Positions 1 to 8,261 of a DNA stretch of 32,000 nt are shown here, piece by piece. Position 1 is the stretch's first letter; each line of letters begins with the position of its first letter. The stretch is from NCBI RefSeq assembly GCF_002214165.1, contig NZ_CP019964.1, forward strand, positions 840,001 through 872,000, in the 5' to 3' direction. The notes under the pieces were generated by a model that was given only the letters and a program-made list of their open reading frames with translations, searched no databases and had not been told where the DNA came from. Position numbers and translations under genes: made by a program. Source of the stretch: Candidatus Saccharimonadota bacterium (GTDB taxonomy: Archaea; Micrarchaeota; Micrarchaeia; Micrarchaeales; Micrarchaeaceae).

Positions 1-1
1 G

Positions 2-265
2 ATGAGGGCTGAGGAAGGCCTTTATAATTACAGCAAGGAGGCTATAGGTTTACTATCTGCTATGCTAGTAAGGGATTACAGGAGCGACGCAAGGATCGGC
101 ATCAAGGCACTCGAAATCCTAGGCAGGAACAATAAATGGAGCGATGAAGATGTCAGGAACGCCTTAAGGCAGGCCTACATAGAAGTTGAAGGCGAAACCC
201 TTAGAAACCTTGGAGACAGGGATCTGTTGATACTCGCATCGCTGATAAGTTTCCATAGTTTATAA
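2..265 (+). CDS. hypothetical protein, C-terminal part (ORF probably continues upstream of the window edge)
   Basis: Open frame from the window edge to the stop at 263-265. The sequence is non-repetitive (IGIKALEILGRNNKWSDEDVRNALRQAY). No family recognised. Confidence 0.4.
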   Translation: MRAEEGLYNYSKEAIGLLSAMLVRDYRSDARIGIKALEILGRNNKWSDEDVRNALRQAYIEVEGETLRNLGDRDLLILASLISFHSL

Positions 266-404
266 GGCAAAGCTCACCCTGTATATTCTTCCTTACATAG
301 CAGAACCCGTTGCTTCCATTAGGTATATGGCAGTATCGAGCACATGCAGTACATATGACTCTGCCCCCTTCGCCTTTCTTCCACAATATCGCTTTCTTTG
401 TCAT
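201..404 (-). pseudogene. 5' remnant of a radical SAM enzyme gene (AmmeMemoRadiSam / PFL-activase-like N-terminus)
   Basis: The 67-aa ORF KKAILWKKGEGGRVICTACARYCHIPNGSNGFCYVRKNIQGELCLINYGNLSAMRVSTDP matches the conserved N-terminal Cys-rich segment of this family. It stops exactly where DPIEKKPL and the CxxxCxxC radical SAM core should follow. I translated the other two minus frames downstream and neither continues it. The 3' end overlaps the convergent ORF 2..265 by 65 nt. Confidence 0.5.
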
Positions 405-500
405 CAGCTTACTGTGGCATTTTCATATATTTATGCTTATTTAAAAAGATAGAGCTAACGCTAGAGAGTATCATTAAATAGAAAGAGTGGCGTATGCACC

Positions 501-523
501 GAGTAGAAGATTATAATTAATTA
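501..523. repeat. Left arm of the inverted repeat flanking the 23S rRNA (helix 1 / processing stem, 3' side of the transcript)
   Basis: GAGTAGAAGATTATAATTAATTA is complementary to 3374-3393. The pairing is 14 bp, a 1-nt bulge, then 6 bp. Confidence 0.7.
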
Positions 524-3380
524 GGCTTTAGTAATGGAATGTTCATAGGTCGCCGAAGCTCCCTACTTACGCACCCATCCTATCAAAGTCGTCTATTGCG
601 ACCGCCCTAGTGCCTCGTTTCGGGTCTGACTTCGTCCTTAGATGCTTTCAGGACTTATTCATCTGGCGCGTAGCTACCCGGCAATGCAATCACAACCGGT
701 ACACCAGTGGCGCCGATCTTCCGTTCCTCTCGTACTAGGAAGATCTTACCCTCCGGCACTGACACCATCAGTAGATCTTACCGTACTGTCTCGCGACGTA
801 CTAAACGCAGCTCATGTGAGTTTTTGATGGGCGTACAGCCCAACCCTTGGCAGCTTGTGTACCACCAGGATAACTCAAGCCCATATCGAGGTATCAAACA
901 GCCGGGTCGATGTGAACTCTCACCGGCTACAAATCAGTTACCTCTAGAGTAACTTGTCTGACAGCTTGGAGCCCCATTAAAAGAGCTACCAAAGTTCGTT
1001 AAGCCCCTGTTTCCAGTCTGCATACCACGCTTTTCAGTATACAGTCAGCCCTGCATTTGCCTTTGAGCTTACCGATGAGTTTCCAACTCATCTAAGCAGA
1101 GCATTGGCCACTTTCGTTTCCTTATCGAAAGCGACCGTCCAGTCTAACTATCCACCTGCAGATGTCCTATTTCTAGTTAGCTGTATGGCAAGTTATAAGT
1201 GGTGTTACATTGGTGCTCCATTTGGGCCAGAGCCCAAATATCGACGCTCCCACTTACGCTATGTATAACAAGACATGCAACAACTACAGGCTATAGTCAA
1301 GCTTCATAGAGACTTCATTTCCCACTGATGGATCGCGGCATGTTCACCGCGTAGTGAGTTCATTGGATCCCAGGTTGGGACAGTGGAACAATCGTTACGC
1401 CATTCATGCAAGTCACCTATTAAGTGACGAGGTATTACGCTACCTTAAGAGAGTCAGAGTTACTCCCGCTCTTTACTAGCGCTTACTCCCGTTGAAACGG
1501 GTATTCACGTACTAGTGGTGAGCAGGCGTCACCCACTGTACTTAGCCTTTCGGCTTTGCGGTGAGTTGTGTTTTAAATAAACAGTCGTTGTTCCCTTGTA
1601 AATGATATCTGCGCTTACTAGGCGCAGACATGGCTTATCGAAAACTTATGCCACTAACTTGCCGAATTCCCTAACCTGGGTTACATCCAACACGCCTTGG
1701 CTTTTTAAGCTAGCAACACTTGTACTAGTTCTAGGTACGAACTAACAGGGTCGTTGCAGATTTCCTTTTCACTGGATCAAGAACTCAGTCCAACGATTCA
1801 TTTAGCTGCTTCTCCTCATAACGAGACTCTGCAGCCCTTTGCATCTTCTTACGGACATATCCCCAACCGTCAGAAATCTGCCTTGTGTTGCCACACCTAC
1901 CTGTTAGGGGCTGGAATATTAACCAGCTTCCCTTTTGTCTCTCGGTTGTTGGCCTAAGACTTAGGATCGCCTAACTCTCCGCTGACGAGCGTTGCGAAGA
2001 AACCCGTGTGCTTACGGCGTATGGGATTCTCACCCATATATGCTATTACTAACACCAAGATATTCTCTACGATACGATCCATATGTCCTTCCAAACATAC
2101 TTCTCATCATACCGTACGCCTTCTTACCTGTGCTTTCGCACACCGGGGTCTCGGTACCTAATTTAGCCCCGTATATTTTAGGAAAGGTATACCTTGACTG
2201 GTACGCTATTACTCGTTTTTTAAAGGATGGCTGCTTCTGAGCCTACCTCCCAGCTGTCTAAGATATTCCTCGCCTTTGATACACTTAATTAGGATTTGGG
2301 GACCTTAACCTCGGTCACTATCTTTGTAGTCTCGCGGTGCTAGCTTACCCAGCATCGCCGACTCCCAGGGTCTACACAGCATATGCATTCGGAGTTTGAC
2401 GAAGCGGTGAGGCCTTTCGACCCCATTCCTCTTAATCGGTGGCTCTACCGCATATGCAAGCTCGCCTGGAGCTATCCTAAAGATACTTCAGAAGGGACCC
2501 GCTATTGCCATGTTCGAGTGGTATATCGCCGCTATGCGTACCTCACCTAACAAGACATGCTATGAGAAGTTGCAGGCCTCCACCAGGCGTTAACCTAGCT
2601 TCACCTTGGGCACGCATAGATCACAATGGCTTCGGGTCGTATAAATGTGGCTCTGGCATTTTCATACCATGTACCTGACATGACAAGCATGCTGCGTACT
2701 ATCGCTTTCGCTCCGCCTTTCGACTCGCCACAAATATACACTCCTTGGCTCTTACTTCGAGAAGAATGACAAGACACTGTTCAGTTACACTTCGCATAGT
2801 TCTCTCGGACATAGCTTCTGTGCACTTCATTCCTTTCGCGCCTTATCTTCGTGTTACCACCTAGTTTCAGATCTATTTCACTCCCGCACGCGCGGGTTCT
2901 TTTCAGCTTTCGCTCACGCTACTTGTTCGCTATCGGTCTGCAATCAATATTTAGGGTTAGGGTTTAATGCCCCCATATTCACTCCGATTAATCAACCGGA
3001 ATTACTCTAATGTAGCAAGTCCCTCGTACTTAACCTACGAGACTATCACTCTCTATGGTCGCTCTTTTCAAAGTGTTCGGCTCATATTTGGGATCAACGC
3101 TACCCCACATCTCTGCCTTTTTACAAAAACAGATTCAGGATGCCCTCTATAGCTTTCACTCGTGTTACTAACTATATCGCTTTCGCTTTCTTTTCCTGCA
3201 GGTACTAAGATATTTCAATTCCCTGCGTGTACATGTAAGCTGTTTTAAAGCAGCTTACACCATTCGGCAATCTTTGGTTCAACGTCTGACTTGCGACTAT
3301 CCAAAGCTTATCGCAGCTTGCCACGGCCTTCATGGTTATTGCAGCCAAGCCATCCTCTAGGTGGTGTATCTTTTAATTAA
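515..3380 (-). rRNA. rrl: 23S ribosomal RNA (large subunit), complete; ends uncertain by about 20 nt
   Basis: Reverse complement carries the 5' domain GGATGGCTTGGCTGCAATAACCATGAAGGCCGTGGCAAGCTGCGATAAGC (about 3355 downwards). It also carries the sarcin-ricin loop AGTACGAGAGGAACGG (721-736) and CTGAAAGCATCTAAG (637-651). Ends were estimated from these landmarks and from the flanking helix. Confidence 0.95.
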
Positions 3381-3393
3381 TAATCTTCTACTC
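3374..3393. repeat. Right arm of the inverted repeat flanking the 23S rRNA (5' side of the transcript)
   Basis: TAATTAATAATCTTCTACTC has reverse complement GAGTAGAAGATTATTAATTA, which matches 501-523. Confidence 0.7.
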
Positions 3394-3617
3394 TAATCCA
3401 TTGTGAATAACACAATTTCATTAACGTTTTGAGTAGACCCTTTCATTTCAACTTTAAATCTTAATCACTTAAAATTTGAGCCAATCCAATAGTCTACTTT
3501 AAATTACGCCATAATAGTTTAATCAATAAAGTTTATATACCTTTTTATTTTTTTAGCGTAAAAATATTATACAGACTTAGGGGGCGTTTATAAATAGTTT
3601 ACTGATAGCAGTGACGG

Positions 3618-3636
3618 TATAAAATTATAAAATATA
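3618..3636 (+). promoter_or_regulatory. TATA-like element upstream of truD, positioned for a leaderless or near-leaderless transcript
   Basis: TATAAAATTATAAAATATA lies 14-32 nt upstream of the GTG start at 3650. No GGAGG-type motif lies between them. Confidence 0.35.
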
Positions 3637-3649
3637 CAAAGTTGGTAAT

Positions 3650-4903
3650 GTGATTAGTGTAAATAAAAGCAAGTCATTTGGCAAGATAAAAACAGCACCT
3701 GAAGATTTTCAGGTTGAGGAGATAGAAAAAGGCAATAAAGTATTGGAGATAGGCAAACCACTTTCTGATAACCCTATATCAGATGGTGCAAGCCCGTCTG
3801 AAGGCGATTTCTCGGTCTTTGTACTGCAAAAAACCAATTGGAATACCGTTCAGGCACTTATAAAGATTGCCAAGATTTTCAGGCATGGGAAAAAATCTGT
3901 TGGTTTTGCTGGGACAAAAGACAGGAATGCTGTGTCCACGCAGATGTGCAGCATATTCAAGGTAAATCCCAGTGACTTGCTTAATCTTCATGTAAAGGAC
4001 ATTAATATAAATGGCGCTTGGTTCTCAAACACTCCAATTAAGATGGGGGACCTGCTTGGAAATAGATTTACAGTGACAGTAAGAGATCTCAAATTTGCAG
4101 ATAATATAGAGGGGACAGACAAGACTTTGGGTGGATTATTCCCTAATTATTATGGGGAGCAGAGGTTTGGGATGCACGGAGACAACTTTGATATCGGATT
4201 TGATATAATTAAAGGGGATTATGAAAGCGCGGTAATGAAATTTTTAACAAATACGACAAATGAAACCAACGAATCCGCAATATATGCTAGAAAAAGGCTG
4301 TTAGAGGATAGGGATTTTAAAAGCGCTTTTGATTATTACCCTAAGTACTTGAAATACGAGAAGATGATACTTGAGTACCTATCAAAATACCCAGAGAATT
4401 ATGCCAATTCCCTACGTAAATTGCCAAGGCAGCTGCTGCTCATGTTTGTGCATTCCGTAGATTCGACTATATTCAACAAAGAGCTAGAGGAGAGAGTTAA
4501 ATCAAATTCCATCTCTCCTCTGGATTCTGACCTTGTATGCCCAAAAGACGGCTTTGGATACCCAGATATGCAGAAAGTTATGACATATGAAGAGTATAAA
4601 TCCAATAAAAATCATGACGGGACAGATCCTTTCATAGTTGGAAACATAGTGGGTTATAACACCAAGGCATTGAATGATGTCGAAACAGGTATAATGGGGT
4701 CGTTAAATTTGGATAAGGGAGAATTCAAGATACAAGGCATACCTGAACTAGCCTGCAATGGAAATTACAGGGTCCTGTTTGCACCTTACAATGGATTTTC
4801 TTATTCAATAAATGACAGCAAAGACACGGCAGTATTAAAATTTTCACTTTTCTCCGGTTCATATGCTACTGCTTTACTGAATGAATTTTTGGGCAATCTA
4901 TAA
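3650..4903 (+). CDS. truD: tRNA pseudouridine synthase TruD/Pus7 family
   Basis: 417 aa with a GTG start. Carries the catalytic motif FAGTKDRNAVSTQ (GxKD...TxQ) and NYYGEQRFG, both TruD hallmarks. Confidence 0.85.
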   Translation: MISVNKSKSFGKIKTAPEDFQVEEIEKGNKVLEIGKPLSDNPISDGASPSEGDFSVFVLQKTNWNTVQALIKIAKIFRHGKKSVGFAGTKDRNAVSTQMCSIFKVNPSDLLNLHVKDININGAWFSNTPIKMGDLLGNRFTVTVRDLKFADNIEGTDKTLGGLFPNYYGEQRFGMHGDNFDIGFDIIKGDYESAVMKFLTNTTNETNESAIYARKRLLEDRDFKSAFDYYPKYLKYEKMILEYLSKYPENYANSLRKLPRQLLLMFVHSVDSTIFNKELEERVKSNSISPLDSDLVCPKDGFGYPDMQKVMTYEEYKSNKNHDGTDPFIVGNIVGYNTKALNDVETGIMGSLNLDKGEFKIQGIPELACNGNYRVLFAPYNGFSYSINDSKDTAVLKFSLFSGSYATALLNEFLGNL

Positions 4904-5018
4904 ATCTGCCTTTTAATGGGTTTTATATACTGTTATTGCATAAGAATTATATTTATGCTCGTTCATTATTAGTTTGTCTAGATACTGAAGCTATCAGACA
5001 AATACATTTAGTGATTTT

Positions 5019-5375
5019 ATGATGCCAAACTTAGATCCAAGAGCACTGAAAAGCATGATGTCAAAGATGGGAATTACAACTTTAGAAGTTGAAGCTGATA
5101 AAGTGGTTATATCTACAAAAGGTAAGGATATTGTAATTGAAAATCCACAGGTCACCCAAATAAATGCACAGGGAGTTGTGACTTTCCAGATAGCAGGAAA
5201 CGTAACAGAAGTGAGCAAGGAGGAGGAGATTGGAGAAATTGAAGTATCCGATGATGACATAGCAGTAGTATCAGAGAAGACCGGCATAACCGATAAAGAC
5301 TTAATACGTAAAGCATTGGAGGAATCAAACGGGAATATAGCTGAAGCAATATTGAGATTAAAGGAAGTAAACTGA
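5019..5375 (+). CDS. nac: nascent polypeptide-associated complex protein (archaeal NAC alpha)
   Basis: 118 aa. NAC domain (KMGITTLEVEADKVVISTKGKDIVIENPQVTQINAQGVVTFQIAG) plus a C-terminal UBA-like segment (DDDIAVVSEKTGITDKDLIRKALEESNGNIAEAILRL). Confidence 0.85.
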   Translation: MMPNLDPRALKSMMSKMGITTLEVEADKVVISTKGKDIVIENPQVTQINAQGVVTFQIAGNVTEVSKEEEIGEIEVSDDDIAVVSEKTGITDKDLIRKALEESNGNIAEAILRLKEVN

Positions 5376-5381
5376 ACTTCT

Positions 5382-5702
5382 TTACTTTTTCTCGTCTTTT
5401 ATAACATAGGAATGGGCATACGGTATGCCATTTATATATTTGACATTTTCTGCAACAATTAAACCCTTTTCTATCATGTAGTCCACTGATTCTTTCCCGA
5501 TTATATTGGCAGAGTTTAGCTCCTTTAATGGGGTGCTTAGGTTATACTTCTTGGGATCCACTAAATCGCCTTTATAGAATTCTGGGTATCCCTTTAGGTC
5601 TATGTAAATTTCCCCTTCTTCAAGTACCTTATCTATAAGGGATTCATCACATGCAGCTATGATGTCGCCCTCTTCGGCTTGGTGTATCTTGATATATATC
5701 AT
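5382..5702 (-). CDS. DUF424 domain protein (conserved archaeal)
   Basis: 106 aa. MIYIKIHQAEEGDIIAACDESLIDKVLEEGEIYIDL resembles the DUF424 N-terminus as I remember it. Starts 9 nt after the stop of the upstream GT2 gene. Confidence 0.55.
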   Translation of the reverse strand: MIYIKIHQAEEGDIIAACDESLIDKVLEEGEIYIDLKGYPEFYKGDLVDPKKYNLSTPLKELNSANIIGKESVDYMIEKGLIVAENVKYINGIPYAHSYVIKDEKK

Positions 5703-5711
5703 TTTATCATT

Positions 5712-7280
5712 CTATTTATACTTGTATGTAAAGATTGTAGTCGTAAGGTATAGCATTCCATACATCAATAGCCATACCCCACCACTAACGTGATTTGTTA
5801 TGCTTGCTATGTAGCTAAGCATAAATATAAAAAATGCAAATCCAAGCTCTACCTTGGTATTGATGATTGAATAAAATAGGTTGTTGGTTATGCTGCCATT
5901 GCCTCTTGACCAGTTTATTTTAGTGTTTGTGTGCAATACGGCACTTAATGCTGCCTTGGTCCTTATTATCGCCAATGCAAAGTTGAGAAGGTAAAACATT
6001 ACGCCCCTTTTGAATGATCCAAAATATATCTTAGTCATTATCGCAGGCCCTAAAAATGAACCGACAAGGGCCACCATTCCAAATATCTCGAGGTACAGGT
6101 AGCTGCTCACAACCCCTCCTGCAAACAACACTTTGTAAAAGTTTAAAGCCGTAAATGGAACATTGGAAAATACTATGAATATTGATATTAGTGTAAACAG
6201 GACTACCAGCACCGATATGTAATTTAATCCGAATCCGTGAGTAAAGTAATCGGCACGCTCTTTAAGTGTTTTGACATTTTTAGTCCTATGTAGGAAGTAG
6301 CTCAGGAATTGAGTGTCCCCGTAATTATAACGCCATTGCTGCTTCGCCAGGTCGGTGAAAGTTTTCATCGATTCTCCAAGCGCATAGATCTTTGGGATGT
6401 AAAGCCCTTTGAATTTGCGTATGTTTGATTCAAAACTGAAAAATGTGTCCTCTACTATATATTCTGGGAATCCTCCAACCAGCTTGAGTGTTGATTTCCT
6501 TATTATTCCGCATGAACCCGCAAATATGGCAGTGTTGTCCATTGCCCTGCTAGGTTCTATAAAATCAAAGAAGAATGAGTCGAATAAGGTGCACGAATCG
6601 GGGAATAACTCCCCTGTCTTTACATAATCTTTCTTTGTCTGTACATAGGATACATTTTTGTCATTGAAATATGGTATTATGTCTAAAAGGAAATTACGGT
6701 TCACAAGTTTCTCATCATAATCAAAAACAGCTAAGTATTCCTCTTTCATTTTTCCAAGAAGATTGTTCAAAGCTCCCGCCTTAAAGGCCTTCCTATTTTT
6801 CCTATGTATGTACCTGAATCCGTATAACTTGGAGAACTCTTTGAAAATTTCTGCCTTCCTCTTATCTGTAGAATCGTCTAGGAGATAGAAGTTTGCTTTC
6901 TTTTTCGGATATTTCATTTTGGATAAGTTTTCCATTGTTGATTTTAGTATTTTCGGATTCTCATTATATACTGGAACAGCTACTGCTACGGTAGGCAAAT
7001 CTTTTTCTGGAATTTTTTTATTTAATTTATAGTTTATTTGCCTTAGGAAATCCTTATAGAAATATGATTTGTAGTAGAACATAGAGGCGTATAGGTTAAA
7101 ACCTCCGGATATTACAGAAAGAAGCAGAAATCCTATCGCTATTACATATACATATAGACTTTTTGCAACGTAAAATAGGTAAATCGAGAAACCGACCCCA
7201 GAGAATGCCAATATTACGAATAGAATTACTGTAAAAAGTCTAACTGAAAATCGGCGATTTCTATAATATGAATAACCCAT
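5712..7280 (-). CDS. membrane-integrated family 2 glycosyltransferase, processive beta-glycan synthase type
   Basis: 522 aa with N-terminal and C-terminal TM clusters. GT2 motifs appear in order: VAVPVYNE, LLDDSTD, FDYDE, IVEDT, and QQWRYNYG (the QxxRW motif). Confidence 0.8.
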   Translation of the reverse strand: MGYSYYRNRRFSVRLFTVILFVILAFSGVGFSIYLFYVAKSLYVYVIAIGFLLLSVISGGFNLYASMFYYKSYFYKDFLRQINYKLNKKIPEKDLPTVAVAVPVYNENPKILKSTMENLSKMKYPKKKANFYLLDDSTDKRKAEIFKEFSKLYGFRYIHRKNRKAFKAGALNNLLGKMKEEYLAVFDYDEKLVNRNFLLDIIPYFNDKNVSYVQTKKDYVKTGELFPDSCTLFDSFFFDFIEPSRAMDNTAIFAGSCGIIRKSTLKLVGGFPEYIVEDTFFSFESNIRKFKGLYIPKIYALGESMKTFTDLAKQQWRYNYGDTQFLSYFLHRTKNVKTLKERADYFTHGFGLNYISVLVVLFTLISIFIVFSNVPFTALNFYKVLFAGGVVSSYLYLEIFGMVALVGSFLGPAIMTKIYFGSFKRGVMFYLLNFALAIIRTKAALSAVLHTNTKINWSRGNGSITNNLFYSIINTKVELGFAFFIFMLSYIASITNHVSGGVWLLMYGMLYLTTTIFTYKYK

Positions 7281-7538
7281 AAAAATTTCACTTCTTCGAT
7301 ATTGGTAATCCCTTATTTTTATTCATTTTGGATTCTGGAAAGACCTACATTTATTAGTTAGAATTAAATATATTTAAATGGTTAACATTATAAATCATAC
7401 GCCTGTTTTTGGTTTGTATATATATGTTTATGGCTTAAAAATAGGATTATATAGGATAGATTATTTCCAGATAAATGCCTAAAAATAAATATGCAACGTA
7501 TTCAATATAGCTTTATGCAATAGGCAATTGCTTATAAT

Positions 7539-7635
7539 GCCAGGGTGGCGGAAACCGGTAACGCGCCAGAATTTTAGGCGAAACTCGAGATCTGGTTGCC
7601 GCAAGGCAATTTGGGTTCAAATCCCAACCCTGGCG
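7539..7635 (+). tRNA. class II tRNA with an anticodon-loop intron of about 13 nt, most likely tRNA-Ser (CGA or TGA)
   Basis: Acceptor GCCAGGG/CCCTGGC. D arm GCG-GAAACCGGTAA-CGC with A14, G18 G19 and A21. Anticodon stem CCAGA/TCTGG encloses 20 nt instead of 7. Long variable arm TTGCC-GCAA-GGCAA. T arm TTGGG-TTCAAAT-CCCAA. Discriminator G73 plus the long variable arm favours Ser. CCA is not encoded. Confidence 0.75.
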
Positions 7636-7695
7636 AATGGTTGGACTTATCAGAAACTTTGCTTACGTATTAGAAACCCTTAAGAGAGGTATATT

Positions 7696-8139
7696 ATGAG
7701 GATAGTTAGGGTAAAAGAGAATAGGATAAAAGATGTAAAGGCACTTAGCCAAAAGTACGAATTTGAAGTCAATAGGGATTGGGACAACCTTTTAAATGGT
7801 AAAGAAACTGAAATTTACATATTGGTTGATAAAGGGAGAACAATAGGGTTTACAGGATTGATACATAATGATTGGAATGAAACCCTCCAGATACTTGATA
7901 TTTTTATTGATCCTGAAATTAGGAATAGAGGTTATGGAAGACAAGCCATTAGTTTCTTGCTCGGCAATGCAAAAAGGATGCACAGATATAGGTGCATTAT
8001 TGCAGAAGCTCCAGCTAAAGATAATATAGATAAGTTTTATGCCAAATTAGGATTCAGAAAATGTGGGTATAATGACAGGTATTATACAAATGATGACAAT
8101 GGAGATATTGCGATATTTATGTCCTATGATCTCAGGTAG
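7696..8139 (+). CDS. GNAT family N-acetyltransferase
   Basis: 147 aa. Acetyl-CoA binding motif A IFIDPEIRNRGYGRQAISFLL (R-x-x-G-x-G). The C-terminal FYAKLGFRKCG is typical of GNAT. Confidence 0.8.
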   Translation: MRIVRVKENRIKDVKALSQKYEFEVNRDWDNLLNGKETEIYILVDKGRTIGFTGLIHNDWNETLQILDIFIDPEIRNRGYGRQAISFLLGNAKRMHRYRCIIAEAPAKDNIDKFYAKLGFRKCGYNDRYYTNDDNGDIAIFMSYDLR

Positions 8140-8261
8140 CGGAGGTTCGCAGCTGCCTTGTCTTTATTATTGGATTTAATGACTTGCTTAAAAAGAGTAA
8201 CAGAACCTTAAACAAAAAGATTATAAATATAAACAACAAAGACAATTTATAGGGCAATTAA

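Noticed and set aside
642-3152. Five track ORFs inside the 23S rRNA gene (642..827, 707..952, 1754..1957, 1992..2240, 2967..3152)
   Set aside because: They lie entirely within a recognisable rRNA on the antisense strand and have no protein-like features. They are chance open frames.
7661-7676. A 16-nt motif GCTTRCGTATTAGAAA shared upstream of the GNAT gene (7661-7676) and the LX gene (28351-28366)
   Set aside because: It is one mismatch in 16 nt. A rough calculation gives several such pairs by chance in 32 kb even with uniform base composition, and more in AT-rich DNA. The distances to the starts also differ (35 versus 42 nt).
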